Assembly (NCBI RefSeq): GCF_001194135.2
Contig: NC_068999.1
Location: 22,008,386 to 22,050,187, forward strand
Length of the DNA stretch: 41,802 nucleotides
Origin: Octopus bimaculoides
Taxonomy: Eukaryota
Reading direction: 5' to 3'
Position numbers and translations under genes: made by a program. Below are positions 24,313 through 36,517 of the stretch, in pieces; positions within the stretch are counted from its first letter, which is position 1; each line of letters opens with the position of its first letter. The notes under the pieces were generated by a model. The model was not told the DNA's origin. It searched no databases and saw nothing but the letters and a program-made list of their open reading frames with translations.

Positions 24313-24887
24313 TTAAATGTGAGTAGCCCTGTAACTCCCTTACAACAAGATTCTACTCTGCCCCTGCTCCTTTCTGTCATACCTTAACCCACATCTGCTA
24401 GTATAAAATCCTTCCCCTTAGGTTTTGTAGGCTTGTAAGCTGCATAGCAACCTCATTAGTGCCAATGATATAAGAAAAGCACCCAATACACACTGTAAAG
24501 TGGTTGACGTTAGAAAGGGAATCCAGCTGTAGAAACCATGCCAAAGCAGACTCTAGAACATGATGCAGTCCATTATGGTAGATCTCTGAAAAGAGAGAGA
24601 GAGAGTCTAATGAGGAATGAAACTCTCTGTAGAGCACATAGTTTGAGGGTAAAGGAAGGAATATTGTGAGAAGTGGTTGCCTTAATTTAGAACGATCAGA
24701 GAAGTTTTGGCACTCGGCCACAATAAATGAGATGATGAGATAGGTGGAGTGGAGAAGAAGCAGTGAAGAGACACATGGAGTGGGGAAAAAAAGAATTATG
24801 AAGTTGAAAGCTTCTGCAAAAATTGGTGGAGACCTATTTGGTAAAGGTGCAGAAGATTCAGCAACAATTTGGAAAAAACTATATCTT

Positions 24888-25312
24888 TTATCTTTTACTT
24901 GTTTCAGTCTTTGGACTGCAGCTATTCTGGGTCACAACCTTGAAGGGTTTTAGTTGAACAAGTCGACTCCAATACTTAAGTTTTTAAGCCTGGTACTTAC
25001 TCTATCAATCTCTTATGCCAAACCACTAAGTTACCAGGCATAAACAAGCCAACAGTGGTTGTCAACTGATAACAGGGGACAAACACAAACACAAAGATAA
25101 ATGCATAGATATACATACATATGTATGTATATCTGTTACATATGTAGTAGACTCAATGGGTTTCTTTCAGTTTCCATCTATCAAATCCACTTACAAGGCT
25201 TTGGTTGACTCAGGGCTATAGGAAACTTGCCAAAAGTGCCATGCAGTGGAAGTGAACCTGGAGCTATGTGGTTGGGAAGCAAACTTCTTACCACACAGCC
25301 ACATTTGCACCT
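24888..25312 (-). mobile_element. SINE family 1 (antisense in intron 3)
   Basis: Full reverse-complement copy, CpG-depleted. Confidence 0.85.
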
Positions 25313-25784
25313 ATATTGATTATTTCAATATCATCTTAAATTCTTCTCTGAAAAATCATTCCACTATGAAGGATTTTTTCTTCAGTTTTATAATGCACAG
25401 GTGTGTTTAGCTATTAACAAACCTACCTACTTACTCCTTTCTATTCAGAGTTAAGCAATTATTCACCTTACATCTATTAGTCTTCATAAATTTCTAAAAA
25501 TATGAGCCTAGAAAAGAGCATTAGTACAGCTGCTCACTCTGCTAAAAATAATATCATAATATTCTCCCTGTCACACCTGCAGTCTTATGAAGTGGAAGGA
25601 CATATTGAATAATGTAGTCCTAAATATGTTATACCTGGAAAAAAGGATGTGATCATCTCAGCTAGAATGCTTTTTGATTGTAGGTCTGGTTGATCAGGGC
25701 TAACCTTGGCCATCTCAACAACTTCCTAAAATATAAAAATAATTATCAATGTTTTAGTTTTTATATAGTTGATAACAAGTGATT

Positions 25785-26075
25785 GGTGATATGCTGTGCT
25801 TGAGAAAACTTGTCAAGCCAAGTGAAATTGTAGTCATGGCTGATGCTGGTGCCACATGACTGGTACGTAAAAGCATCTGTGCCGGTTGGCACATTCAAAG
25901 CACCCATTACACTCTTGGAGTGGTTGGTGTTAGGAAGGGCATCCAACCATAGAAACCACGCCAGATCAGACTGGAAGTTAGTGCAGCTCTCTGGCTTGCC
26001 AGTTCCAGTCAAACTGTCCAGCCCATACCAGCATGGAAAGCAGATGCCAAATGATGGTGATGAGGATGATATTAT
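25785..26075 (+). mobile_element. RTE LINE 3' end (ORF2 end plus 3'UTR, GAT tail)
   Basis: gctgtgcttgagaaaac (AVLEK), gttaggaagggcatccaacc, tail atgatggtgatgaggatgat. A related piece lies at about 24455-24575. Confidence 0.7.
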
Positions 26076-26962
26076 CCCAATCAACTGTTTCTTGAATGAT
26101 AAAGGCATAAACCTTGAAGGGAAATAAAATGGACAACTAAAAAAAAGAAAAAAAAAGTTAAATAATATTAATAAGAAAGACCTCTGTTTCCTCTTGATAC
26201 CAATAAAGAAATATAATATGTAAATAAATTATATAGATGTCTAAATGAATGTGATAATTTGCAAGATAAGCCAAGAGCTTATTTGCTGAAGTAACTAAGC
26301 ATTGTAAAGAAACATTATGCCAGAAATATCATATTTCTTTATTTTGAGTGAAAGCTTCCCTTTATTGACAATAAAAAAATATTTTTCCTTCATTTATCAG
26401 ATACTATTGAATGCTTTATCCATATTTATGCTACTGCAACTGTCACCAAAATAAAAAATAGAAAAAACTCAGGAAATTTATACAGTATTGCTTGACCTAT
26501 TAGCAAAGCAACCAAATCTCCGTCATAGACATGCTATCATCTCAAGTAAAAAAAAAAGAACAAATTGAATAATGTAGTCCTTGATAAGCTTGAAAAAGAT
26601 AAAGGATATTCAGTCTCAAGTTTGCTCTATTAAACTGATCAGGGGTTAAATGACAGTAGGAACTGTATTACCATACATGTACTTAGACTTTAGATTTAAT
26701 CAATGTAAAAATATAAATAGATTTAAATAAAAGCGAAAGTGATATAGACTGAAAATAACCATCTCTTTCTTGATCAATGTACAGAAGTTCAAGCTGAATA
26801 TCAACTGCATCAATTGAACCCACAAATTTACGAAGGTCTTCAGAATCAAGAACACAACCTCTCCTTCCTTTGACTAATAAAAAAGAAAAAGATTCCAGTT
26901 TTTTTTTTTTTTTTTTAATTAGCATTATTAACATTACAATGAAAAAGTAACATATAAAAGAA

Positions 26963-27128
26963 CTGAGTTGTGGCTGCATGACTGGGAAGTTTTCTATGCA
27001 ATTCCAGGTTCAACCCTACTGTGTGGTACCTGGGGTAAATATTTTCCATTATCACCTTGATTTGACTAAAACCATGTGAGGGGAATTTGGTAGACAGAAA
27101 AAAGAAAAAGCATGTCATACATATATAT
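26963..27128 (+). mobile_element. SINE family 1, 5' half, ending at its microsatellite where U6 begins
   Basis: Degenerate head and core, gtgagggaatttggtagacagaa, then catacatatatat. Confidence 0.65.
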
Positions 27129-27219
27129 GGCAGTACGTATACTAAAATTGGAACAATACAGAGATTAGCATGGCCCCTTCACAAGGATGACACAAATTCG
27201 TGAAGCATTCTGTACTTTT
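27129..27219 (+). pseudogene. U6 snRNA retropseudogene (about nt 12 to the 3' end)
   Basis: ggcagtacgtatactaaaattggaacaatacagag-attagcatggccccttcacaaggatgacac-aaattcgtgaagcattctgtactttt aligns with the U6 consensus; 3-nt and 2-nt deletions and CpG decay. Confidence 0.93.
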
Positions 27220-27400
27220 ACTCACAGAGGAGATGACCAGGACTGAAACTCCTGGTGGTTTTCTGTGCTTGAAAAGACATGTGAAGCTGAGTAAAAGCAT
27301 GGGTGTTCTTGCATACAGGCCTGTCCCCTGCATCCCTCTCCAGCTGAACTCTGCTAATCTTATGAGCTCATGAGTGCTGGTGCCACATAAAAGGCACCCA
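27220..27400 (+). mobile_element. RTE LINE 3' segment fused to U6
   Basis: LTEEMTR(fs)D*NSWWFSVLEKTCEAE*; 27263-27296 matches 25794-25827 at 27/34; exact 14-mer tgctggtgccacat shared with 25844. Confidence 0.75.
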
Positions 27401-27402
27401 TA

Positions 27403-27850
27403 CAGATGACATGCCACTAAGGATTTCGCCCAGTGTACTAACAATTCTGCCAGCTCACCAATAATAATAATAATAATTTTAGTAATAATAATAATGGTTT
27501 CAGATTTTGGCTCAAGGCCAGCAGGGGGTAAGATGATTGCATCAACCCCAGTGCTCAACTGGTACTTATTTTATCAACCCTGAAAGGATGAAAGGCAAAG
27601 TCAACTGCAGCAGAATTTGAACTCAGAACATAAAGATGGATGAGAAGTAAAGTATAATAATAATAATGATAATGATAATAATGATTTTCAGTACTGAGAC
27701 AAAGCCATAAATCTATTTGGACTTTAGCTCAATACTACTACTTATTTTATCAATTCTAGATAGAAGAACTGTTATATAGATCGGTGGGATTTGAAAATCA
27801 GATGTAGAAGGTTACAGCTAAAAACTATAAGACATTTAGTTTAGTGCTTT
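27403..27850 (-). mobile_element. Stack of SINE family 2 copies separated by (AAT)n tails
   Basis: Head fragment 27403-27457, body 27459-27625, and a further decayed copy at about 27655-27850; homologous to the + strand copy at 34063. Confidence 0.65.
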
Positions 27851-27900
27851 ACTGTTCTTGTCCATTCACTGTTGTAATAATGACAACGACTATGTTTCAG

Positions 27901-28076
27901 CAGTACAGAGCCTTCAATACATGCTACTGATATAATTTACAACTCCTGTAGTTCAACAAGTTCCAATGAAATCATATGTATTCCACAAGTATCTCCTTTT
28001 GATTTATGTGAAACACAAGATCTTGAAAAAGAAGTTATAAAAAGCCAGTTTGAGATGAAAGCATCAGTTAACAAAG
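27901..28076 (+). CDS. SHOC1: SHOC1-like coding exon 4 ([58 protein letters not shown])
   Basis: Acceptor tatgtttcag, donor G|gttcgt, phase 2 to 1, 176 nt open. An alternative in-frame AG gives an exon start at 27952. Confidence 0.75.
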
Positions 28077-28223
28077 GTTCGTATGATTTCCTGTTATATA
28101 CTTTAGCACTAAAGCATTTTCTCTTTTTTCTTGTTTTTTCTGCTGTCATGTAACTGGGAGCAGAAGAGTAGGTAGTTTGCCTAAATAGACATAAACACAA
28201 ATAATGAAATATAAATTTCCATT

Positions 28224-28296
28224 CTTCCTGTAGTTCAGTCGATAGCACACTGGACTTCTAATTCAGAGCCTGTGAGTTTGAGTCCCACCAGGGATG
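28224..28296 (+). pseudogene. tRNA-Arg(TCT)-like pseudogene
   Basis: 73-nt cloverleaf remnant: anticodon arm ctgga-CTTCTAA-ttcag, T-loop tttgagt (decayed TTCGAGT), 3' acceptor cagggat-g; mismatches in the acceptor and T stems. Confidence 0.7.
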
Positions 28297-28307
28297 AATA
28301 CCTTATA

Positions 28308-28745
28308 GGACAGGTGTGGCTGTTGGGTAAGGAATTTGCTTCCCAACCACATGGTTATGGGTTCAGTTCCACTGTGTAACACCTAGGGCAGGTTTATTTT
28401 ACTATAGCTTATTATAACTCTTGGCTGACCAAAGTCTTGTGAGTGGATTTGGTAGACAGAATCTGAAAGTCTGTCTGTGTGTGTGTGTGTATATATACAC
28501 CATTTGTGTGTGTCTTTGTGTATATCTTTGCATGTCTTTATGCTTGTGTTTCTCCCCCACTATACAGCTGCTTAACAACAGGTGTTGGTTTGCTTATGTC
28601 CCTGTAACTTAGCAGTTTGGCAAAAAGACTGATAGAATAATACTAGGCTTAAAAAAAGTACTGGAGTTGATTTGTTCAACTAAAACCCTTCAAGGTATTG
28701 TCCCAGCATGGCCACAGTTTAATGGCTGAAACAAGTAAAAGATAA
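28308..28745 (+). mobile_element. SINE family 1, full length
   Basis: Head, core, (TG)n and tail ctgaaacaagtaaaagataag. Confidence 0.85.
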
Positions 28746-28990
28746 GATACAAATTTTCTTTTTAGATATACAATTATTTATTAATTACTTAACAGTTTTT
28801 GTAACAAAAAGATATTTTTTTCTAATCCTTTCATTACCATATTTCTATTAAAATTCAATGCCTTTGTTTCAATTAATTTTTAAAATAATGAAGAATTCAT
28901 TAAAATAACTTTGTCATTATTAAGCTGTTTGAAGCATAAATTAATATGGAATTTTGAGGGAAGATTTTCATTTAGAAGACTTTAAAATAG

Positions 28991-29212
<222 letters not shown>

Positions 29213-29570
29213 TAATTTATCATGTTCACATCTGCTTTTATATTCATTACCCGTTGTAAAGACAAAATGTTTTGAATTTCATGTCTATTTTCTTATTCTA
29301 CTTCACTGCATTTATTTTAAACTTCTAATCATGTATTTTTAACTTTCAATTAGGGTTAGGTATCAGATGTTTTTGTACATTCTTAAGATTTAAACATACA
29401 AACAAATGGTAATACCTCTTATTCTTTGTATGAAAATCTATTAGATACTTTGCTAGCATAGTCAGCAAGAGTCAGCTTTGCTTTGATGCCATGTATTATA
29501 AAATGTTATAGGTGATGTTTAATAGGTATACATGTTTCCAAACAAATCTTTCAAAACGAGGATCATTTGA

Positions 29571-29735
<165 letters not shown>

Positions 29736-29826
29736 TAATTAATCTATCTTCTTTTGGGCTTGTAAATGAAATTGATTTCCCTGTTTCACATCATGTTGCA
29801 AACACTGACTTTTGTAAATGATAATA

Positions 29827-29860
<34 letters not shown>

Positions 29861-29999
29861 GTGATTTCAAATTTTGGCACTAGGCCAGCAATTTTGGGGG
29901 AGGGGGTAAGTCAATTGCATCAGCCCTTCATATTTGGTCCATTACACTACTTCTTTCACTAAGGCTACTAGACACATAAATACTACCTGTTCTTCCCAG

Positions 30000-30860
30000 C
30001 AAAATAAAAGTGGCTGGACAGTCTTCACAATGGACTCAGTTGATTGCTGGACCCATCCTACATCTGACAGCAGGTGTTCGACATAACTCCATGAGTTAGC
30101 AATACTTAGGCAGAAACTTCATTGTTCTGTGTGCATCTTGGACAGGCTCAGCTGATGACACTTCTGAGCATGTAGAGTTTATCTTGAACCAGCAGTGTCC
30201 CTTTGTAGATTGTTAGACTAGGGATTTCTGGAAGTTGTCCCAGTCTGAAAGTCTTCCAGAACAGACTAGTAAGTTGATTTTTGTTGACATCCAGAGTCAT
30301 CCTGGGAATTCTCATTGTTCCTGTCTGCTATTAACCCTTGCCATGGTGGAACTTGCACTGATTGCATTGCCCAACTGGTAAAGGGTTGTAAATACCTGAT
30401 AATATTCCAGATGCCAAGCACTTTGTCTTGGTCTTTGCTTGATCCAGAACTGCAGCTCTGTCAAAGAAATGATCTGTGTGATAAACAACTACCACACCTG
30501 TTCACTGTCAAGAAACTGCTGGAGATATCATGTAGCCTCAATGCATATCTGCACACCATCAACCAGGCCATGCCTAATTCTTTACTTAGCAGACGATGAC
30601 AGCAAATAGAGCACTTGACCAGTGGAACTGGTACAAGGCACACTGGTCAAGTCATAATATATGATGGAGGCAATATGTGAGATTGGTTACCTTACAAACT
30701 TCCTCATTCCAGTTCTTCTCCACCTGGAGGTCTCATCCAAACTAGACACTAAACTATTTAACCAGCCCATCCATCAAGTATCCTACGATGCTGTTGCACA
30801 GCATAGACTTGCCACTCTAGGTGCAAAACTGTGGGTCCACTGACTTTTTATGATTGATTT
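30000..30860 (-). mobile_element. Decayed RLE-type (R4/Dong or NeSL-like) LINE fragment
   Basis: Minus strand KGTLLVQDKL..ACPRCTQNNEVSA*VL resembles the post-RT CxxC region; very degenerate. Confidence 0.35.
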
Positions 30861-30961
30861 TTGTTCCTGTCACTGCTTTGATATGTTTAGTGTTCAACAC
30901 TATGACAATAGTGTTGTACATATTTGCTGATAGGGTTCTTTTGTATCTTAGTTAGCAATAG

Positions 30962-31124
30962 ATGCCATGTGCATGGTTATGTGGTAAGAAGTTTGCTTCC
31001 CAACCACATGGTTCTGGGTTTAGTTCAACTGCATAGCACCTTGCGCAAGTGTCTTCTACTACAGCCCCGGGCTGATCAAAACCTTGTGAGTGAATTTGGT
31101 AAACAGAAACTGAAAGAAGCCTGT

Positions 31125-31177
<53 letters not shown>

Positions 31178-31455
31178 GTATGTATCTGTTTGTCTGTGTG
31201 AATGCATATGTGCGTGTGTGTTTGTGTGTGTGTGTACATGTGTGTGTGTGCTCATGTTTATGTTTACCCCCCCCACCATTGCTTGATAATGGGTGTTGGT
31301 TTGTTTATGTCCGTGTAACTTAGCAGTTTAGCAAAAAGAGACTAAATAAATAACTACCAGGTGTTTTACAAAAAGTAAATACTGGGGTCAATTTGTCTGA
31401 CTAAACTTTTCAAACCAGTGCCCCAGCATGGCCGCAGTCTAATGACTGAAATAGA
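30962..31455 (+). mobile_element. SINE family 1 with expanded (TG)(TA) microsatellite
   Basis: Head, core and tail ccagcatggccgcagtctaatgactgaaa. Confidence 0.85.
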
Positions 31456-31482
31456 CTACGAGAACATAAAACAACGTATATT

Positions 31483-31516
<34 letters not shown>

Positions 31517-31534
31517 TAAATATTATACTTGCAG

Positions 31535-31661
31535 AATTACTTGGAAATGATAATGACTCCAGTGTTGCACTCTGAACATACAGAACAAAATGAATCAATA
31601 TTTGATCAAGTAAAAGACTTATTCCCTTTGAAAGCAGAAGAAATAAACTTTGAGAATGATG
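31535..31661 (+). CDS. SHOC1: SHOC1-like coding exon 7 ([42 protein letters not shown])
   Basis: Acceptor tatacttgcag, donor G|gtatga, phase 0 to 1. Resembles the recalled human EFLIPPSL..SLSELKELL..PEIINY. Confidence 0.8.
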
Positions 31662-32049
31662 GTATGATGCAATTATTGTTTCTTACTTGAATTTATTGCT
31701 TCATAACTTTTTAACTGCTTTGATATTGATTTTTCTTGCATTGATATTTTCATCTTATTATACATCTTTCATTAGTTTGCACACATATATATTTTTAGGA
31801 GAATGTTTTCTATAGTTTAATGAATAATAAAAAAGAGATTTATAGATATTCAGCAATCATAAAAATGGACAATCTTGTTGACTTTCTGAAAATTGTCAAT
31901 GACTGCCCAAAGTTGATGTAGTGATTCAAGAAAAGTTTGTATCATTTTCTTGTGGTTTAAAAAATAGAGGCTTGTTCAGATTGGTTTGTAAATAAACTTG
32001 TAGGGGATATATCAGTTGAAATAACTTGTTTACATAAAGCTAAAACAAA

Positions 32050-33128
32050 AATCATGGTCACTAATGGTTTGCAGACGTGTGTGTTATATTTTGCATTTGT
32101 TGCTCCGTTGGTGGCTAATGAGCCCTGCTCTTGACAAGCATACACAACTGCAAACATTGCAAACCAAGCTTTCCCCATTCACTACACCAGCAGTACGCTT
32201 TCAAGCAGCACACTTAAGTTCTTCATGCAGAATACATGCTCTCTCAAAGGTGTCGACCCTCTCCTTAACCTGCTTCCTCCATCTGTGGTAATGACAGGCA
32301 TTGCTCACCCAGTCAGTTTCCTGCATATCACAGGCCTTTAATGAGGACTTGACACAGTCCTTAAATCACAGCCTTGGTTTCTGCAGGAGTCTCTTTCCAT
32401 TAACAAGTTCCCCATATAGCATCTGCTTAGGGATCCTGCTATCCTTCATTCTAATAAGGTGTCCAGTCCAATGTAACCAGTGCTTGTGCACCATTGCCTC
32501 AATACTCAAGATATCAGCTGTTCTCAGAACCTGTGTGTCTGGAGTTTTTAAGGTCCAGCCAACATTCAGAATGCGTCAAGAGTTCCATGTTTGCCAGTCT
32601 GTTCCAGCCCTGGCATTGAAATCGCCCAGTAGAATGACTTTATCAGAATTGGGGATTTTCCTAAGTATGGCTCTCAGCTGGGTATAAAAAATAGTTTTAT
32701 CTTCATCACAACTAGTCAAAGTAGCCTACCTTTCAGGTGCAATCGTAGAGTCATTAGATGTTCATTTAGAGGAAGCTCCTCTAACTTCTTAAGGATGTCA
32801 GATCGAACTGCAAAGCCAACATCAGCCTCTCTGCACTCCTCCTTCTGCCTCCTATTCCAAAAAAAGGTGTATCCACCTCTTACTTCCTGAAGCTCACCAT
32901 CATCTTCTGTACGAGTCCCTGAAACTGCAGCTATATCAATGTTATAGTGGTTCAGTTCGTGAGCAACAAGTGCAGTGCATCTTTCAGACCTACAATCATT
33001 CTTGTTATCCAACAGAGCGTGCATATTCCAACATGAAATGTTCGAGTTTCATCCAGATTTTGTAAATAAAAGTCTCTTTGTTTTTTTGAGTGCAGGGTGG
33101 ACATCTGTCAGTCGTGCTAAACTGACCA
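32050..33128 (-). mobile_element. RTE-clade LINE with the RT domain deleted
   Basis: APE: [45 protein letters not shown], joined at about 32578 to C-terminal RILNVGW..HWTGHLIRM..LYGEL and CNVC..RAGLISHQR. Confidence 0.85.
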
Positions 33129-33218
33129 GATATAGAAAGACAGGTAATTTTTGGTTCACCTTTTCTAGAACCTCCCTTTTCAAATATAGATTTACTGAAT
33201 TCTTACTTTTTTTGATAG

Positions 33219-33314
33219 TTATAGAAAATCTACTATTAAAAGACTTTAATACTTTTGAAAAATTTTCAACTTCACCTTGTACTGAAACTCAGCCTATGCA
33301 ACTGTTTTATCCAG
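33219..33314 (+). CDS. SHOC1: SHOC1-like coding exon 8 ([32 protein letters not shown])
   Basis: Acceptor cttactttttttgatag, donor CAG|gtatgt, phase 1 to 1 (96 nt, symmetric). Confidence 0.75.
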
Positions 33315-33576
33315 GTATGTAACAGCAGTTAACAATTAATTACTATTCTCAATCAACAAAAAAATCCATTAATTTGAAATATAATAAAAATGAATTTATA
33401 AATTAAAACAATACTATTTATCCTTATTTTCTACTTTGTACCTTCCCTTCTATCTTAGTACAAATTCAGATATTATTGCAATTCCTTTTCATTATATATC
33501 CTGATAGGTTTGTCAGTCATTCATGTAGTTTCCATTTCCATACTTAGCAGCATATTTTGATTCTGTATCTCTAATG

Positions 33577-33741
33577 GGAATGTGTCAAGGCTGACAGGAA
33601 GCGGTGCTGCTTCCTAGGGCTAAATAGCAGTAGTATTATTCCCTTCATGGGACTGTCACATTAGGTTGACAGCATACAACTACTTTATCACATCACTACT
33701 GCATAAATCTCTCTGAGAGATTTAGAAATGTATTATTTCTA
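33577..33741. mobile_element. Partial second copy of the 3021-3352 foldback element
   Basis: 33577-33672 is the reverse complement of about 3028-3127; 33661-33741 matches about 3275-3352 directly. Confidence 0.8.
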
Positions 33742-34062
33742 TTTTTATAAAAATCTTTAGTTGTGGAGTATAAATGATGTTGTTCAAATGACCATAACCA
33801 AGAAATAAATGTGATGCCAGTAGCTCCAATCTTTTGTTTGTTATACACACATGCTCACATATATATGTCTACATCTTTCACCAATGTATATAGATGAAGG
33901 ATGCAAATATCAGCAACACAAGTGAAAAATTGGTGATCTTCAAAAAAATTCTCTCATTGATGTTTATTCTGCATTAAGTTACACAACTCTGCACACCTTA
34001 ATCTATTTTCAAACAATTAAAATCTATAAGGTAAGGTTTTTTAATTTGACAGTAAACTAAAG

Positions 34063-34262
34063 TGGCAAGCTTGCAGAATCATTAGCATACCAGGCAAAAT
34101 GCTTAGCAGTATTCTATTTGTCTTTATGTTCTGAGCTCAAATTCTACCAAGGTTGACTTAGCCTTTCATCCTTTTGGAATTGCTAAAATGAGCACTGGGA
34201 CTGATGTCCTCAACTTACCCCTTCCCTGAAATTACTGGCCTTGTGCAAAAATTTGAAATCAA
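34063..34262 (+). mobile_element. tRNA-derived SINE family 2
   Basis: ggcaagcttgcagaatcattagc..gttctgagctcaaattc..gcctttcatcctttt..ggccttgtgcaaaaatttgaa. Fragments also at about 3760-3860 (+) and 29820-29925 (-). Confidence 0.75.
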
Positions 34263-34564
34263 TATGGTACAGGAAATTATGCTGAGGATAATACATCACT
34301 TTAATAATCCAGCCTACACCATAACTAAATCCCCACTGCTACACATCTCAGAGGACATTAGTATAAAACTGTATAATTCTCTCTCTTACAAAAAAGGCAT
34401 ACAGAAATATTATCAAAATATTATTTCCTGTGAAATTCACAGTCACACAGATTATGATATTGTTAATGTGTATATTCTTCATACCTTTCATCTTTTTAGT
34501 GAACAGATAATATCTGTATGATTTAACACATATTTCTATTTCCTCCACACAGTTATGCAATTAA

Positions 34565-34761
34565 TCCTTTTTATACTAACCTGCCTGAAACTGACCTTAG
34601 TTCTATGATGCAAATTCTTTGTTTTAATGTCATTTAAATTATAACCTTGCATCAAAATTTCACACTAATTTATATTCTGAATACCAGCTTAATGACAGTT
34701 ATTTACAAAATCAATTGAAACAAAGGCAGTGTATTTCAACAGAAATATGGTAACAAAAGGA
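34565..34761. mobile_element. piggyBac-type MITE family B
   Basis: TTAA-tcctttt...aaaagga-TTAA; a partial inverted copy lies at about 28825-28890. Confidence 0.65.
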
Positions 34762-34882
34762 TTAAAGGCAGAGTTTACAAACTGATATTCTTTTTCACTC
34801 TTAAGCTTAAATATCTTTATTTGAATTTGTCGACAAATATTGAAAGTGTTTTGAGGTTATCATATTGAATTTATTAACCTAG

Positions 34883-35055
<173 letters not shown>

Positions 35056-35786
35056 GTAAGTTATTTTTTTTTACTGCACATGATGATGGTATAAGTATCT
35101 AGAACATAGATTATGTTATAATATTAAGAATAATCAATAATGCAGTTTAGGTATCTAGCTAATATAATTAGTACAACATTTTAGTTTACAAAGACTTAAA
35201 GAAAAGCTTTGTAGTTTGATAGTAGTCAAACTAGTTACAATTCCCAACTGTAGATATTTCCCTTTATTTATATTACTATTGCCTTTGAAAAATACATAAA
35301 TGAAATACAAACCTTTTTTCCCTACTCTCCACAAGTCTAAGGATGTTTTGTAGCAATCTGGTTTCTGAAGTCACTAACAACTCTCAAAAATAAAGGATAA
35401 GGAAGAAAAAATTTATGTGTGTCACTACTTCAGTAATAAATTCTAGTTATCTGAGAATAACTTGGTGTCCTGATGCATGACTTCCTTTTGCAGCAATCTA
35501 TGAATTGTTTTTTCTTTCTTTCTCCCACCAGTTTCAGAGGCCCTGTTAAAGGGTTATATACACTTGCTACTCTGTCTTATTCATAAAAGATAAAAACGAA
35601 AATGTTTTTAACAAATTTTAAATGAATTGCATACATACAAGTTTGATAAGTCATAAAAGAAGGTGTCTCATGACATGAAATAACATTTAATTGACAAAGG
35701 ATTTTAAATGCTGTAACAAGTAGTTTTATTTCTAAAGCAAGAAATTGATTCTTTGTTTAATTTTCATTCTAAATATTTTCTTTTAA

Positions 35787-36029
35787 CCCTTTAGCATTCA
35801 GATTACTCTGTCAACTGTAACGCTTATTTATTCACATTGTTTTGAATCAATCATGTATTATCTTTTGGCCTCAAGATATTGATGATATGAGTGTATATTT
35901 TTAGAATGACATTGTAGAGTAGGTATGAGAGATAGGATCTGGTGAGCATAAAACAGGTAAAATATTTGGCTTAAATAAATTGTCCCGTTAGCATTATCCC
36001 TTTAGCATTATCCCTTAAATGCTAAAGGG
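35787..36029. mobile_element. piggyBac-type MITE family A
   Basis: TTAA-ccctttagcattc...aaatgctaaaggg-ATAA (12/13 TIR match). Confidence 0.8.
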
Positions 36030-36325
36030 ATAATGTTGTTGATAGATCTTTCTTAGGTGTAAGGCCTGTTTTTCTGAAGGTTTTTACATAACTGTAGAAT
36101 GCTTGTAAAGTTTGATTCAGTGTTCTGAAAGACAAAGCAAAGTTCTGGAAAATATTCTGTTATTCAATTATTTAAATTGTATCAAATTTTACCACCCCAC
36201 AAAAAATTTAACTTTGAAGTATCCATCTAAATAGAATAAAATTAATTTACAATTAGTGGAAATGACCTTAGATGAAATATTCCATCCTATATTTATTCAT
36301 CATACAATAAAATAACTGCAAATAG

Positions 36326-36517
<192 letters not shown>

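Noticed and set aside
26690-26870. Exon-like stretch TENNHLFLDQCTEVQAEYQL..
   Set aside because: No pyrimidine-tract acceptor gives an open frame, and exons 3 and 4 join in phase without it.
27129-27219. Functional U6 gene
   Set aside because: The 5' stem-loop start is missing, there is a deletion right after the ACAGAG box, and no PSE/TATA lies upstream.
28224-28296. Functional tRNA-Arg gene
   Set aside because: The B-box has decayed (TTTGA), and the acceptor and T stems have mismatches.
33169-33218. Upstream acceptor ttttctag for exon 8
   Set aside because: In the required phase 1 it reads into TGA/TAG stops; the acceptor at 33218 keeps the frame.
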